DNA of 63,347 nucleotides, filler included, from Choristocarpus tenellus KU-1152 (taxonomy: Eukaryota > Protista > Phaeophyceae): NCBI GenBank assembly GCA_964200185.2. It is 12 parts of 12 records of this genome, joined end to end, with 100 filler letters (N's around TTAATTAATTAA, not from the genome) between each part and the next. Parts side by side here need not be neighbours in the genome. Positions count along the whole stretch, not along the records: positions 22,395 to 25,443 come from CAXNAD020022694.1; positions 25,544 to 30,246 come from CAXNAD020013402.1; positions 30,347 to 35,590 come from CAXNAD020011375.1; positions 35,691 to 42,585 come from CAXNAD020007127.1; 8 more parts are not named here. One strand, given 5' to 3'. A program made the translations under genes and the position numbers. The notes beneath the pieces are model-generated. The model saw only the letters and a program-made list of their open reading frames with translations. It was not told the DNA's origin and did not search any database. This document shows, piece by piece, positions 25,204-35,813 of this stretch. The first letter of the stretch is position 1, and each line of letters begins with the position of its first letter.

Positions 25204-25443
25204 GCTATGTGCAGAGATGAAATTGAAAGCTATCTTCGGGACAAGTGCAACAGACGTCAACGTAACATTCACCCACTCATCGTGGCCAACATTGGAATTC
25301 AAATCAATTTTGCCCTACCCTACAATGGGCAGTGATGTGCCGTCAGCCACAGTCATTTTGTGGCCTTGTGGACATGTGGTGAAATCATACATGATTCCAT
25401 TCCACTCAAAAACGAGTGGAAAACCTCCCCCATCATCTATCTG
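25204..25443 (-). mobile_element. Degenerate Ty1/copia protease-region fragment
   Basis: IDDGGG...IMYDFTTCPQGHKMTVADGTSLPIVG*GKIDL...VNVTLTSVALVPKIAFNFIS resembles the copia 'DSGA...VADG..L...G.G...L..V.HVP.L..NLIS' pattern. Confidence 0.75.
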
Positions 25444-25543
25444 NNNNNNNNNNNNNNNNNNNNNNNNNNNNNNNNNNNNNNNNNNNNTTAATTAATTAAN
25501 NNNNNNNNNNNNNNNNNNNNNNNNNNNNNNNNNNNNNNNNNNN

Positions 25544-25856
25544 TTCGCACTGGTTGGTCATCAAATGTGGGGGATGGCTGGCAAGCAGTGACGAAGGGCA
25601 TTCACAATGGTTGGTCATCAAATGTGGGGGATGACTGGCAATCTGTGACGAAGGGCGTTCACACTGGTTGGTCATCACATGTGGGGGATGGCTGGCAATC
25701 AGGGACGAAGGGTATTTGCACTGGTTGATCATCAAATGTGGGGGATGACTGGTAATCGGTGATGAAGAGTATTCGCACTGGTTGGTCATCAAATGTGGGG
25801 GATGGCTGGTAATTGGTGATGAAGGGCATTCACACTGGTTGGTCTTCAAATGGAGG
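25544..25856. repeat. 57-bp minisatellite, at least 5.5 copies (runs off the contig end)
   Basis: Unit approx. TTCGCACTGGTTGGTCATCAAATGTGGGGGATGGCTGGCAATCGGTGACGAAGGGCA. Confidence 0.95.
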
Positions 25857-26739
25857 TAAATAGGAAACCAGGAGAGGAACGGAGAATAGAGGAATGGCAA
25901 ACAAGGAATAAAGTGAGAATAATAATAATCCAGAATTCGTGAGCAAAACAAAGAGATTCCATGGTCTCATTCTGATGGAAGGTCCGCCGGTGGAACCATG
26001 GATGTTTGACAAGGAACCTCAATCGGTATATAACGGTATATGACATACGGCAATAACGATATAAGAACAGACAAACATGCTTTCCACACTTTATTTTTAC
26101 TGAAAGAAGTGAAAGTAGAACAGGAGTGACGGAGTGTGACGTACGTCTTCGACGAAAAATATATATCAATGGTGAATGAAAGAGAAGTTGATCCGAAAAA
26201 GGGATAACAAAACATTAAATGACAAAATAATGAATGAGTAAATTGAATCCAAGAGTAATAGAATCTCAAGACTTGGAACAAAAACAATATGGTCTTGGCA
26301 ATCGCCTCTAGGATCAGATGGGCATTGATAAATTTGGAGGTGATATAAGGCATCTTCATTGGTGATCAGCATGTCAAATTAAACGCAAGATCAAATGGTG
26401 TTCATTGGGGCAAAGAAATCCCGTCGCAAATTACTCTGTGTTGAGTTAGTAAATGCCGAAAGGTTGGATTGAATTGCCAAAAAAATGAAAATCGCTGAAA
26501 ATCGTATCAAGATTTTTTTTGCGTTCGGACTTCTTTGCGCCAAACAACTCCCTATGATCTCAGCTTTAAGTTGATACGCTCGTCACCAATCAACTCGCCT
26601 TACATCACCTCGAAATTAATCAAGATAATTCGACCTCGCCAGTTTCGTTCTTAGAAATACGGTCTGTGCAAGGCTTTCGAAGCTTAACCTTCGCACGTAG
26701 CTCACTACAACGTAGAGTATCCACACATAACTCGGCAAA

Positions 26740-27024
26740 ATGGCTGCAGAAGCTCCTCTGTCGAAGGAAATGGTAGATATCGTGGTGCAGTCTCTTCCTC
26801 CAGGCTTCAAGTTTCAAAGAAGTCTAAGGCTGAAGTCGGGCAGGGTGTATGCGCTGGTGATTGCCGTGTGTCAAGAGGGGGACTCGCGATTGATCGAGTG
26901 GACCAGTCAATCACTGTTGAACAAGAAATCAAAGAGGGGTCACGACTACGACGGAGAGCGCGTATTCTTCCCCAAGGTTGATGATGCGGGCTGGTTGGCT
27001 GGCTTCAGTCTGATGAGCTTTTAG
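26740..27024 (+). CDS. Hypothetical 94-aa ORF in a CpG-rich block, possibly transposon-internal
   Basis: ATG in AAAATGG context and protein-like composition; no family recognised. Confidence 0.3.
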   Translation: MAAEAPLSKEMVDIVVQSLPPGFKFQRSLRLKSGRVYALVIAVCQEGDSRLIEWTSQSLLNKKSKRGHDYDGERVFFPKVDDAGWLAGFSLMSF

Positions 27025-27677
27025 GCATTATAATAAAAGTGGAGCTACAATAACAATGAAGAGTTTAGAGTTACACAAAGATAGATGGGACATTGAGGAA
27101 CATGATTCTTCTTCTCCAGTGAAAAACCCTCGTTCTGGAAAGAAACACCCCTCCAAGCCAGATGCTGGACGAAGGACAGATGGATGTCTAAGTAACTTAA
27201 TTTTAGTGAGGAACATCTCCCTCTCTCCCATCGCACCACAACCAACTCCAACCTATCTATCTAACAATATTAGGAGTGATTCGAGGGTCACAACAAGCTC
27301 TATTTCGACGAAAACTCGACTCCGATCAAAAGTTAGAGCAGGACAAAATCTGTCCTAGAGGCGACTGCCAACATCATATGTATTGTGAGTGGATCATAAA
27401 ATAATTGTGAAAAAGGACAAAGTGACACTGGCTAAGAGTCAATTTCCTGTGTGGGGGAAGAAGTAGAAATCGAAGATCTGTGAAACAGAGGGAAACAAGT
27501 CGACAGGTTCTTCGTTCTGAAGGGGAAGGGGAATAACCACAGGAGACAAAGAAAAGGAGAGAGACAAGACAAGAGGAAGAGCCATCCCTCAGAAGATCAC
27601 TCAGGAAAAGATTGAACAAGTGGAAAGTGAATGGGGGGGGTTGCAAGGTCCCCTCAAACCACCCGCTATTTACTTCA

Positions 27678-27867
27678 GATCCAAAGTATCTGGGGGGGGG
27701 AGAGGGGGGGGGTCTACACCAGGGTGTCTATTTGAACCATGACCAGGAAAGGTGCACTTTCATTATCCATCCGACATATGGAATCAATCAAATCACCCAA
27801 AATTCGCGATATGAAAAAATTGGCCCTGAATGGACAGCCGCCCCCGCCCCCCCAGATGCTTTGAGCC
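27678..27867 (+). mobile_element. MITE family C copy (~180 bp; GACCCAAAGTATCTGGGG...CCCCAGATACTTTGAGCC), TSD TCA
   Basis: TIRs and a 3-bp duplication are visible. Other copies at 28265-28446, 43086-43266 (TSD ACT), 56960-57142 and 57167-57341; fragments at 3139-3173, 19482-19513, 42686-42748 and 59680-59701. Confidence 0.9.
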
Positions 27868-28061
27868 TCAAGCAGATGTTACCTTCTACAAGCAGAAACA
27901 AATATCATATGGATATCAGATATTTCAAGAGAAGTTATGTTCAAGGTAGACGTTCTTTGGAAGGTGGCTCTCACGGATCTTCCAAGTGTTTTTGTGGTGA
28001 AGTCTTGGACAGAGCGTCAGCTAGTTGGTCTTGAGGGTTAGATTGACAGTCTCTGATATCC

Positions 28062-28255
28062 ATGCCGTCTTCATACACAAATGAAATAAATGCTGAGGTT
28101 GGTAGGTAGTGATGTCCTTGTCGTCTGCGTACACGAATGAAATATGTGCTGACGTTGTAAGTAGTAATGCCCATGTCGTCTGCGTACCCAAACGAAATTA
28201 GTGTTGGAGTTGTAGGTAGTGATGTCCAAGTCGTCTGCGTGCACAAATGAAATAG
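28062..28255. repeat. ~55-bp tandem repeat, ~3.5 copies
   Basis: Unit approx. GTCGTCTGCGTACACGAATGAAATATGTGCTGACGTTGTAAGTAGTAATGCCCAT. Confidence 0.85.
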
Positions 28256-28264
28256 GCGCAGCCT

Positions 28265-28446
28265 GACCCAAAGTATCTGCGGGAAGGGGGGGGGGGTCTA
28301 CACCAGGGTATCCATTTGGGTCCTAACCAGGAAAACTGCACTTACATTATCCATCCGACGTATGGAACCAAATCACCCAAGAATCGCGACATGAAAAAAT
28401 TGGCCCCAAATGGACAGACACCGCCCCCCCCCCCAGATATTTTGAG
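28265..28446 (+). mobile_element. MITE family C copy
   Basis: Homologous to 27678-27867. Confidence 0.85.
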
Positions 28447-28735
28447 GAGGTCCCAATGATGTGCTCATCATAGGGATCAGCAAGGCTGTGTGTTGTGTCA
28501 AGGGTGGCAAAGAGGGTAGTGAAGGGTCGAGGTTCCAGGCACAGAGGGACTTGTCGGAGGGCAGTGGTGGATTTGGTGGGTGTTTGGACCTCATGATGGC
28601 CATGGGTGTGTTGAGTTCGGGAGTGGTGGGGTAAGGTATGGGATGCCCAGCAAGGAAGACAAGGGTGTTTTGAGTGACAACCTGACGTGGTGCACTGGAA
28701 TTGAGCTTGAGTGGGTGTGCTTGGGGGTGGTATGC

Positions 28736-28994
28736 GAGTGAAAGTATCTCAGAGGGTACGAATTTTTCCCTGTTTGTCCATTTGGGGCTTGGCTTCTCAT
28801 GGGTGTTTTTGTGACATTTTCCTTTTCCAGAATGTTTCGGCGTAGGCAAAAAGTACACGTGATGAAAACGCATGTCCGAAACATAGATATTGACACTTCT
28901 TAACAAACACGATAACCAAAACTACATCAAAATCGTAACATTGGATTTTGACCCCCAAATGGACGCGGCTCTACCCTCTAAAATGCTTTGGCTC
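28736..28994 (+). mobile_element. MITE family A copy
   Basis: Full-length homologue of 23347-23604; flanked by ATGC on both sides. Confidence 0.9.
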
Positions 28995-30520
28995 ATGCGT
29001 TGGATTGGACGTAATTGAGTATATGAAAATGATGGGTGGATTTGTCTGTGACGTGTGTGTGTGTGGGAGTGGTTGTGGGTGGTATTTTCGTTGATAGTGC
29101 AGCTGATACACATAAACACCACCGGTAGATTAGATAATAGGATGGAGAGTCAGTGACAGATATATAGTATCTGTACTGACTCATAATGTTGATTGATTTT
29201 TATATCATGTTCAAGATACAATTTCTATACTTAAGACAAGTAAATAAGTGATTCATAGTAAATTAGTGTGGACAATTACAAACCCCACACTATAGAAACA
29301 ATAATGGTAAGTCTAGGGTATAGTCTCACCCACGTAGTTAGTCAGAGGAATTGAGACCATAAGGCCCCTTGTGATATTATCTTTGCTTATCTACATCAAG
29401 TTGTTCGTTGTCCTTCATTAAAGCACCAAAGCCGTGGGTCCAGTGTGGGATACTTCAACATGGTATGTCGAGGGAATGATGTTGTTGGAAGTGAGGAGAT
29501 GGTATAGTTGTGGTTGAGTGAAAGATGGGAAGACGAGGTTGGTTTTGGAAGGAAGAAGGTTGGGTGGATCTGGGGTGATCAGTGGTATGAGGGGCCTGTG
29601 GATGGTAAGCTGTACGGAGCTTCTGGGTGAATGGGTTGAGTGGTAGGATAATGTGTGGAAAGGTAAGGGTAAGCATGGGCGGTGGTCTTGAATCGGTTTC
29701 GTAGTGGGTAGGGAGGGTGAGATTTGTTGGGACGACAGTGGGGCTGAGTTCCTCGTCTTATTGTTTGACATATCAGTGGTGTTAATGTTATGGGTTTTTG
29801 AGCACTTTTTGTGGTGTGCAGGGGGGGGGTCCTGAGCAGGTAAGGAGATGTGTAGGGCAGTAGGGTGGGTAGGTGAAGTCGGGAGGGTAGTGCTGGGATT
29901 GTTAGGGTCAGTAGGTGGCAGTGTTAGGAGACAGCGAGAAATCGAAGTAGTACAAGGTGCCCAACATCCTAGTGGAATGTGTGTCTTGACATTCAGTAGG
30001 TGGGGGTGATGGGAAATCACTGTAGTCCAACCAGTAGTCGCCATAGCACATGTAGAGTACAAATAACGACCAAGTCCAGGTATCAGCAGGATAGTGAAAG
30101 TGGAGTGGGAGATCGTGGTGATGGGGGGGGCACCGCAACAGTCCAGTAAAGATGGCTTGCCAATGTGCAGTGGGTCAAAGAATCTGGGGTGGTGGTGGTT
30201 AGTGAGGGGGCGTCCATTTCGACTCGGACGCCCCCTCACTAACCACNNNNNNNNNNNNNNNNNNNNNNNNNNNNNNNNNNNNNNNNNNNNTTAATTAATT
30301 AANNNNNNNNNNNNNNNNNNNNNNNNNNNNNNNNNNNNNNNNNNNNAAGACAGACTACACCTTGCAACCACGTCGGCACAATCATCAAGTGTCAGGTACC
30401 CTGTGGCTTTGCCTTTATGTGAACCTCCAGCAGCAGAAATGGCGACAGAAACAAGAGCAAACAGAGATGACCCACACACAACAAGAAGTTGATCAGGGAA
30501 TACTTGAGGTACAACAAATT

Positions 30521-30554
<34 letters not shown>

Positions 30555-31902
30555 CTAGGTTATCAGAAGCAAGACAAGAGCTATTTCCACCTTACCACCC
30601 CCGCCCCTTACTTTTTGATAGACCCACACAGAACCTATAATATGGTCCAGACATCTCAATTACGGTCAAGTCCACTGGTGGTCTTGATTGCTTCGGAAGG
30701 CAATCGGTAACTGATTCCAAACCCTGGAGGACTCCAATAAACCCTTCATTGATTGCTTCTGTATATTTTGCTCTGTTTATGGTGAGGCCATCTTTGTTTT
30801 CGATGCCTTGTTAAAAAATATCATTAGAGCTAGTTGACAGTGGCACTGGCAATATTGAGTACTGTACCTTTTCCCATCTGCCCTTAACCCTGCAATGGGC
30901 AGGACAGAAAAAATGACAAAACGGTTAATGAGTGGCCTGGTACACACCAATAATAACGTGACTCTTGCTTTATGACTAAATTTTTTGTGTCATATCAACA
31001 AAGAATTCTTCCAGACAACAGACATTTTAAAGCTAATGTGCTCAAGCATTCACTGGACAATGGGCAATGCAGAGGAGTTGGGCTAGAGTTTTTCCCAAAC
31101 AACAGGAATTTCAGACCAAACTTCCCCAAAGGTTGTCCTGGAAAATTCCAAATAACCACATATATTACAGAGCTAGTGGTGGTCATAGTATACTAGACAA
31201 CGGGTATTTGAACAAGTGTTGAGGACATTATTATTTTTTCATATCACAGTTTCTTTCTTCTTCCATAATTCTTCATTTATTCCTTTTCTCTTAACTACGA
31301 CCTCTGCCAATAATTTTGAAAATATCAATTTAATGTCTGCAATGGTATCAATTGAGCAAATAAATAGCTGCAGGCATTGTTGTACACAACAGATGTTATA
31401 GGGCAACAGGCTCGAGTTTTCTGGACAAGATGTTCCAGAGCAAACAATGCTAGGTGTTGTCCCCAATAATAGATAATGCACAGAAGATTAGTGCTTGACC
31501 ATGGGCGCTGTAGTACAAATGGACCAGGGTGTTTACGGAAGATAGAGGAAATAGAGTAATTGTCCCTTGGAATGCTTTCCTGGAAATGCATGATGCGGAG
31601 CAAATTACCATTTCAATGTCAATATATGGCTAAACATTCTAGACTAGAGCTAGTGTTGACCATTACATTATCCTGGGTGTGAACTGTTTAGGTATTAGTA
31701 GCTATGGAGCTTTGCACTCAATGACCAATTACAGGGGGCGAAAGATCTTCACTGAAACTTGCGACGTACTCGATATAAGCCAAAAAGTACACCCATACAT
31801 ATCGGCATAGATCACATCGGCAAGAAATCGATGTTCTGCATGCAGTCAGCAAGCTAACTACTTTCTGTGCATGAGGATTCAGTAGCAAATATACGTACAT
31901 TA

Positions 31903-32161
31903 GAGTCAAAGTAAACGAGAAGTACCCAGGTCTTGGTCATTTTGCATTTTTAGTCTATTTTTTGATCTTTTCAATTCACCCATATTTCTATGGATGAATT
32001 TCAAAGTCTGACTTGAGAGCGTTTATTTCTGTACTTTTTAGAAACTTTCCGACACGTTTCAGAAAATACCTCTACATGTTCGTTAAAAAAGCCGAATTTT
32101 GCACAACTTTGTCCGCATCCATAAAATTCAACTATGAGTACTTCTCGCTTTACTTTGACTC
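31903..32161 (+). mobile_element. MITE family B copy (TIR GAGTCAAAGTAAA(G)CGAGAAGTAC)
   Basis: Near-perfect TIRs of ~23 bp; homologues at 8436-8690 and 57870-58058 (partial). Confidence 0.9.
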
Positions 32162-32280
32162 TCGTGTAGACTCTGTGTTTCCCCTTGCAAAATTTGTACC
32201 ACCAGGTGACAACATGTTGAAGTAGCCCCTTCATTCTCCCTCTCTTTCTCTCTCTCTCCCTGATTTGCAACGTGAAATAG

Positions 32281-33441
32281 GTTGCCTTGCTGCAAGAGTT
32301 GAGTGAGCGATCTCTCATGGCATCAGAAGACAGAGACACTCCACCATCCATGCCTGCCTGCTGGGACATCTACTCTTACGAGGAGGGATCAGGTGAAGGA
32401 GAGGGTGGAAGTGCCAGTGGTAAGTCCTTGGTACCGTACTGGCACAATCCCAGCACTGGGGAATCAACATGGACAGATGCAGCCACGTTTGTGAACGAGG
32501 ACACAGGCACTGGCATCACTGTGAGCCATGAGAGCAAGAATGAGAGCAATGAGAGGGAGGGTGGTGAATTGACAAATGTGTCTCCGTGGATTCGGGAGTG
32601 GAGTGAGGAGCAAGGAACATTCTATTACATCAATAGTAGCACAAGTGAGTCATCATGGGAGCTCCCCCCACACGCAAATGTGATTGGCACGTCTAGTATT
32701 GGTCCTGAGGAGGAGGCGGGGCTGGTCGTCTCACGATGGGTGCAGCAGTGGAGTGAAGAGTACCAGGCATTTTACTACGCCAATATTGGGACAGGTGAGT
32801 CATCATGGGAGCTTCCCCCACAGGCAAGCGTCAAGGATACGTCTGGGAGTGGCATTGAGGGGGGAGAAAGTCTGGTCGTCTCACCATGGGTGCAGCAGTG
32901 GAGTGAAGAGCACCAGGCATTTTACTACGCCAATTTTGGGACAGGCGAATCATCATGGGAGCTCCCCCTGCAGGCAAGCGTTATGGAAATGTCAGGGCGT
33001 GGCGTTGAGGGGGGAGAAAGTTTGGACGTCTCACAATGGGTGCGGCAGTGGAGTGAAGAGCACCAGGCATTCTACTACGCCAATTTTGGGACAGGCGAGT
33101 CATCATGGGAGCTCCCCCCACAGGCAAGCATCAAGGATATGTCGGGCAGTGGAGTCGAGGGGGGGGGAAGGCTGGTGATCTCACCATGGGTGCAGCAGTG
33201 GAGTGAAGAGCACCAGGCATTTTACTATGTCAATTTTGAGACAGGGGATTCTGCATGGGAACCTCCAGCATTATCAGAGGGGATTAGGCAAGAAGATAAT
33301 TTTGTGGGGAGTCCAGGAATCATTTTCAAGGAATGTGCAACTGGGGGTCAACGGAACTGGGACAGTGGGGGGGTATCATTTTATTTTAATGAGAGAGGAA
33401 ATCGTGTGTTCTGTGTCCCCAATAATAGGGTTAATCCTTAA
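32281..33441 (+). CDS. Large exon encoding six WW domains (five in a 50-aa tandem array)
   Basis: Repeated W-x(2-3)-W-SEE-x-QAFYY-x-N-xx-TGESSWE-x-P matches the WW consensus. Acceptor aaatag| at 32280. The true 3' end may be a donor near 33372 rather than the stop at 33441. Confidence 0.85.
   Translation, partial: VALLQELSERSLMASEDRDTPPSMPACWDIYSYEEGSGEGEGGSASGKSLVPYWHNPSTGESTWTDAATFVNEDTGTGITVSHESKNESNEREGGELTNVSPWIREWSEEQGTFYYINSSTSESSWELPPHANVIGTSSIGPEEEAGLVVSRWVQQWSEEYQAFYYANIGTGESSWELPPQASVKDTSGSGIEGGESLVVSPWVQQWSEEHQAFYYANFGTGESSWELPLQASVMEMSGRGVEGGESLDVSQWVRQWSEEHQAFYYANFGTGESSWELPPQASIKDMSGSGVEGGGRLVISPWVQQWSEEHQAFYYVNFETGDSAWEPPALSEGIRQEDNFVGSPGIIFKECATGGQRNWDSGGVSFYFNERGNRVFCVPNNRVNP
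32578..33267 (+). repeat. 150-bp coding tandem repeat x ~4.6 (WW array)
   Basis: Exact 150-nt periodicity of GGAGTGAAGAG...TCATCATGGGAGCT. Confidence 0.95.
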
Positions 33442-34379
33442 TTGGCAGCATCTGTGACATTCACACATATGTGACGGTAGCTGTACTTAGGTAGAATTAT
33501 AGATAGGAAGAAATAGTTGACATACAAGTCAGCAGTGCCAGAGTGCAGGTCGGAGAGGGCAGAAGGATTTCGAGATGGTGTAGATACAACGGACGTGGCG
33601 AAATGGTGGTCCTATCCAGCATAGTAACCACTCAGACACGGCAGTGAGCCCCCTTTTCTACTGACCAGACACTCTCACCGCATTCCTTGCTCTACATTGG
33701 GGTCTATAACAGTGGTATTGTGGTAGTTCTCCGTACACGGCATTGTGAGCATTCACATCGCACCATTACATGCTGCACAAGATATTGTTTACATAGGAAA
33801 AAGAAAGGCACAAATAGAAGGTAAGGGGCAAAACGCAACAGGTAGGGTGACATGGAGCTCATCCTAGATGTATTTCGAAAATAACTATTGTGTCTGTAAT
33901 AATATTTAGTTGACTCTAAGCACTCTTCGTGGGCTGAGTTCATCATGAAACTCTATACCCAGTCATTTCTTGAGTCAAAATCTTCAGTGCACTGGAGCAT
34001 ACCTATGCAAACGCCCTTGAAAGAATGGAGTCTAATTCCGCTACGTTTGACATAACCAGAGTGAGTTCGCTTGCAGAGAAGCAGCGGGGAAGACTGGACA
34101 TGGGACGGAATGAATATAGTCAAGATTTGGGATCACTACGCCATCATTGTGCTCGACATGAGGGTCTGCAGATTCATGTGGACCCCTGAAAAAGTTGGAT
34201 GTAGTCCCACCTTTCTTAACAAACTTTGGTTAATTCTTGTACTATACATATGTCATCAATGTAATTTCCAAAATACTTTTGTATCATATACAAAAATGTA
34301 CAAAACCTGTTCGTGAGACCCAATCATCTGCCCGCACATTTTTGTAGAAGTGGCAAAGAATGGTATACCTGTACCGTTA

Positions 34380-34474
34380 GGGGCCAAAAACAGGTATAGT
34401 GCAAAACTTGCTGGATAATGGGCCCTCGGTCTAGAGGCCCCTGCTAAAATTGTGCTATACCCGTTCTCGTCCCC
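34380..34474. repeat. Small fold-back element (~25-bp imperfect inverted termini)
   Basis: GGGGCCAAAAACAGGTATAGTGCAA ... TTGTGCTATACCCGTTCTCGTCCCC. Confidence 0.5.
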
Positions 34475-34832
34475 AAGTTGACAGGTAAAATACTCGAACA
34501 GACTCCTCCAACTGAAATGGGGATCGCTAGTATACAGGCAGAGTCAGAATACATAGATGTTAGTTGGTAAACCCATAAGTGTTCTTGTGTATGAACTGAT
34601 GGATAGGAATCGATTATATTTTTCCAAGGTGCTTGGAGGATGCTACTCGCCCTCCCTCTTCAAAAGTAATCGCCCCTCTACATTATTTGGCGACAGCCCT
34701 ATGTTTATCATTCCTATCCATACATCTGCCAAGGGATATTTTAACATAAACATCCTTGTTGTCTACTGTTCATGTCGCTCACCTGCTTCCGACCACATTT
34801 TTCGTCCAATTGTGTACCAGTTTTCGCCCATT

Positions 34833-35086
34833 GGAAGTATCTTAGAGGGTACATTTTTTGCCCTGTTTGTCCATTTGGGGCTTGGCTTCCTATGTATTTT
34901 TAATTACATTTTCCTACTCCAAAATGTTTAGGAGTAGGTAAAATGTATACATTCTGAAAAGGTGTGTCCGAAAAATAGATATTGACACTTCCTGACAAAA
35001 ACGATAGCCAAAATTACATCAAAATCACAACATTGGATTTTGACTCCCAAATGGACGCGGCTCTACCCTGAAAGACACTTTGGCTC
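34833..35086 (+). mobile_element. MITE family A copy
   Basis: Homologous to 28736-28994; left tip eroded. Confidence 0.85.
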
Positions 35087-35373
35087 TCAATAGAAATAAC
35101 AAAACAATCCTCTCTTCTCACCTCACATTCACACGTTCCAAAAACTCATCCTCATTGCTAGACAACAGTCGAACGGTCGTTCCAGCAGGAACATTCCCTC
35201 TTGGTAGGAACCATTCTCTCATGCAACAGTAAACCTCGAAAATCAGAACATCACCAAGCAAGATACAAATCAATTAGTATGTGGATGAGAATTTGGAAGG
35301 AGTGTGATGTATGGTGGGACAGAATGACTTGTTGTTCCTCCAACTATTCTAGTTGGAGATAAAACGGGTATAG

Positions 35374-35590
35374 TGTGAATCTTGTGAGTCTGTGGCGGCA
35401 TGGTTCACTCAGGCAAGGGTGGTGAAGAGAATCACCGCGAAAGACGGACCAAACGAAAAAGGACGAACCGTGACCGAGGGTACGAGGTTAAGGTTGGACA
35501 AATGCAAACCTTGGAGTGATGAGCATCATCAACGGTGGGGCTTCATCACAACCAGTCAAGACGTGAGAACAAAGTGGATCTTCCATGTGT
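35374..35590 (+). mobile_element. LTR-like interspersed repeat (TGTGAATC... start)
   Basis: Homologues start at the same TGTGA at 45628 and, inverted, at 44298. A second repeat ending ...GGGATGCTTCCCTACCTCCTCACA (44390-44427; inverted at 43340-43580 and 45272-45520) could be the TCACA end of the same LTR. Confidence 0.55.
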
Positions 35591-35813
35591 NNNNNNNNNN
35601 NNNNNNNNNNNNNNNNNNNNNNNNNNNNNNNNNNTTAATTAATTAANNNNNNNNNNNNNNNNNNNNNNNNNNNNNNNNNNNNNNNNNNNNAAAATATGTT
35701 TTTTTTTCTTCAAGCCGTATCTCAAACTCCAAAAACAAACAAAACGACCGTTTCAAACAAACAACCCCCCCCCCCCCCCCCCCCCCCCTCCAACTCCACC
35801 CGAGAGTTCACAC

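Noticed and set aside
29418-30239. 273-aa Pro/Thr/His-rich ORF (and similar strand-skewed tracts at 24200-24730 and 61130-62400)
   Set aside because: The open frame follows from C/A strand skew. These may be decayed retroelement sequence, but no RT or endonuclease motif could be recognised.
30630-31370. Possible second decayed minus-strand gene upstream of the WW exon
   Set aside because: One short open block has splice-like ends, but the longer frame has stops at about random frequency and no recognisable motif.
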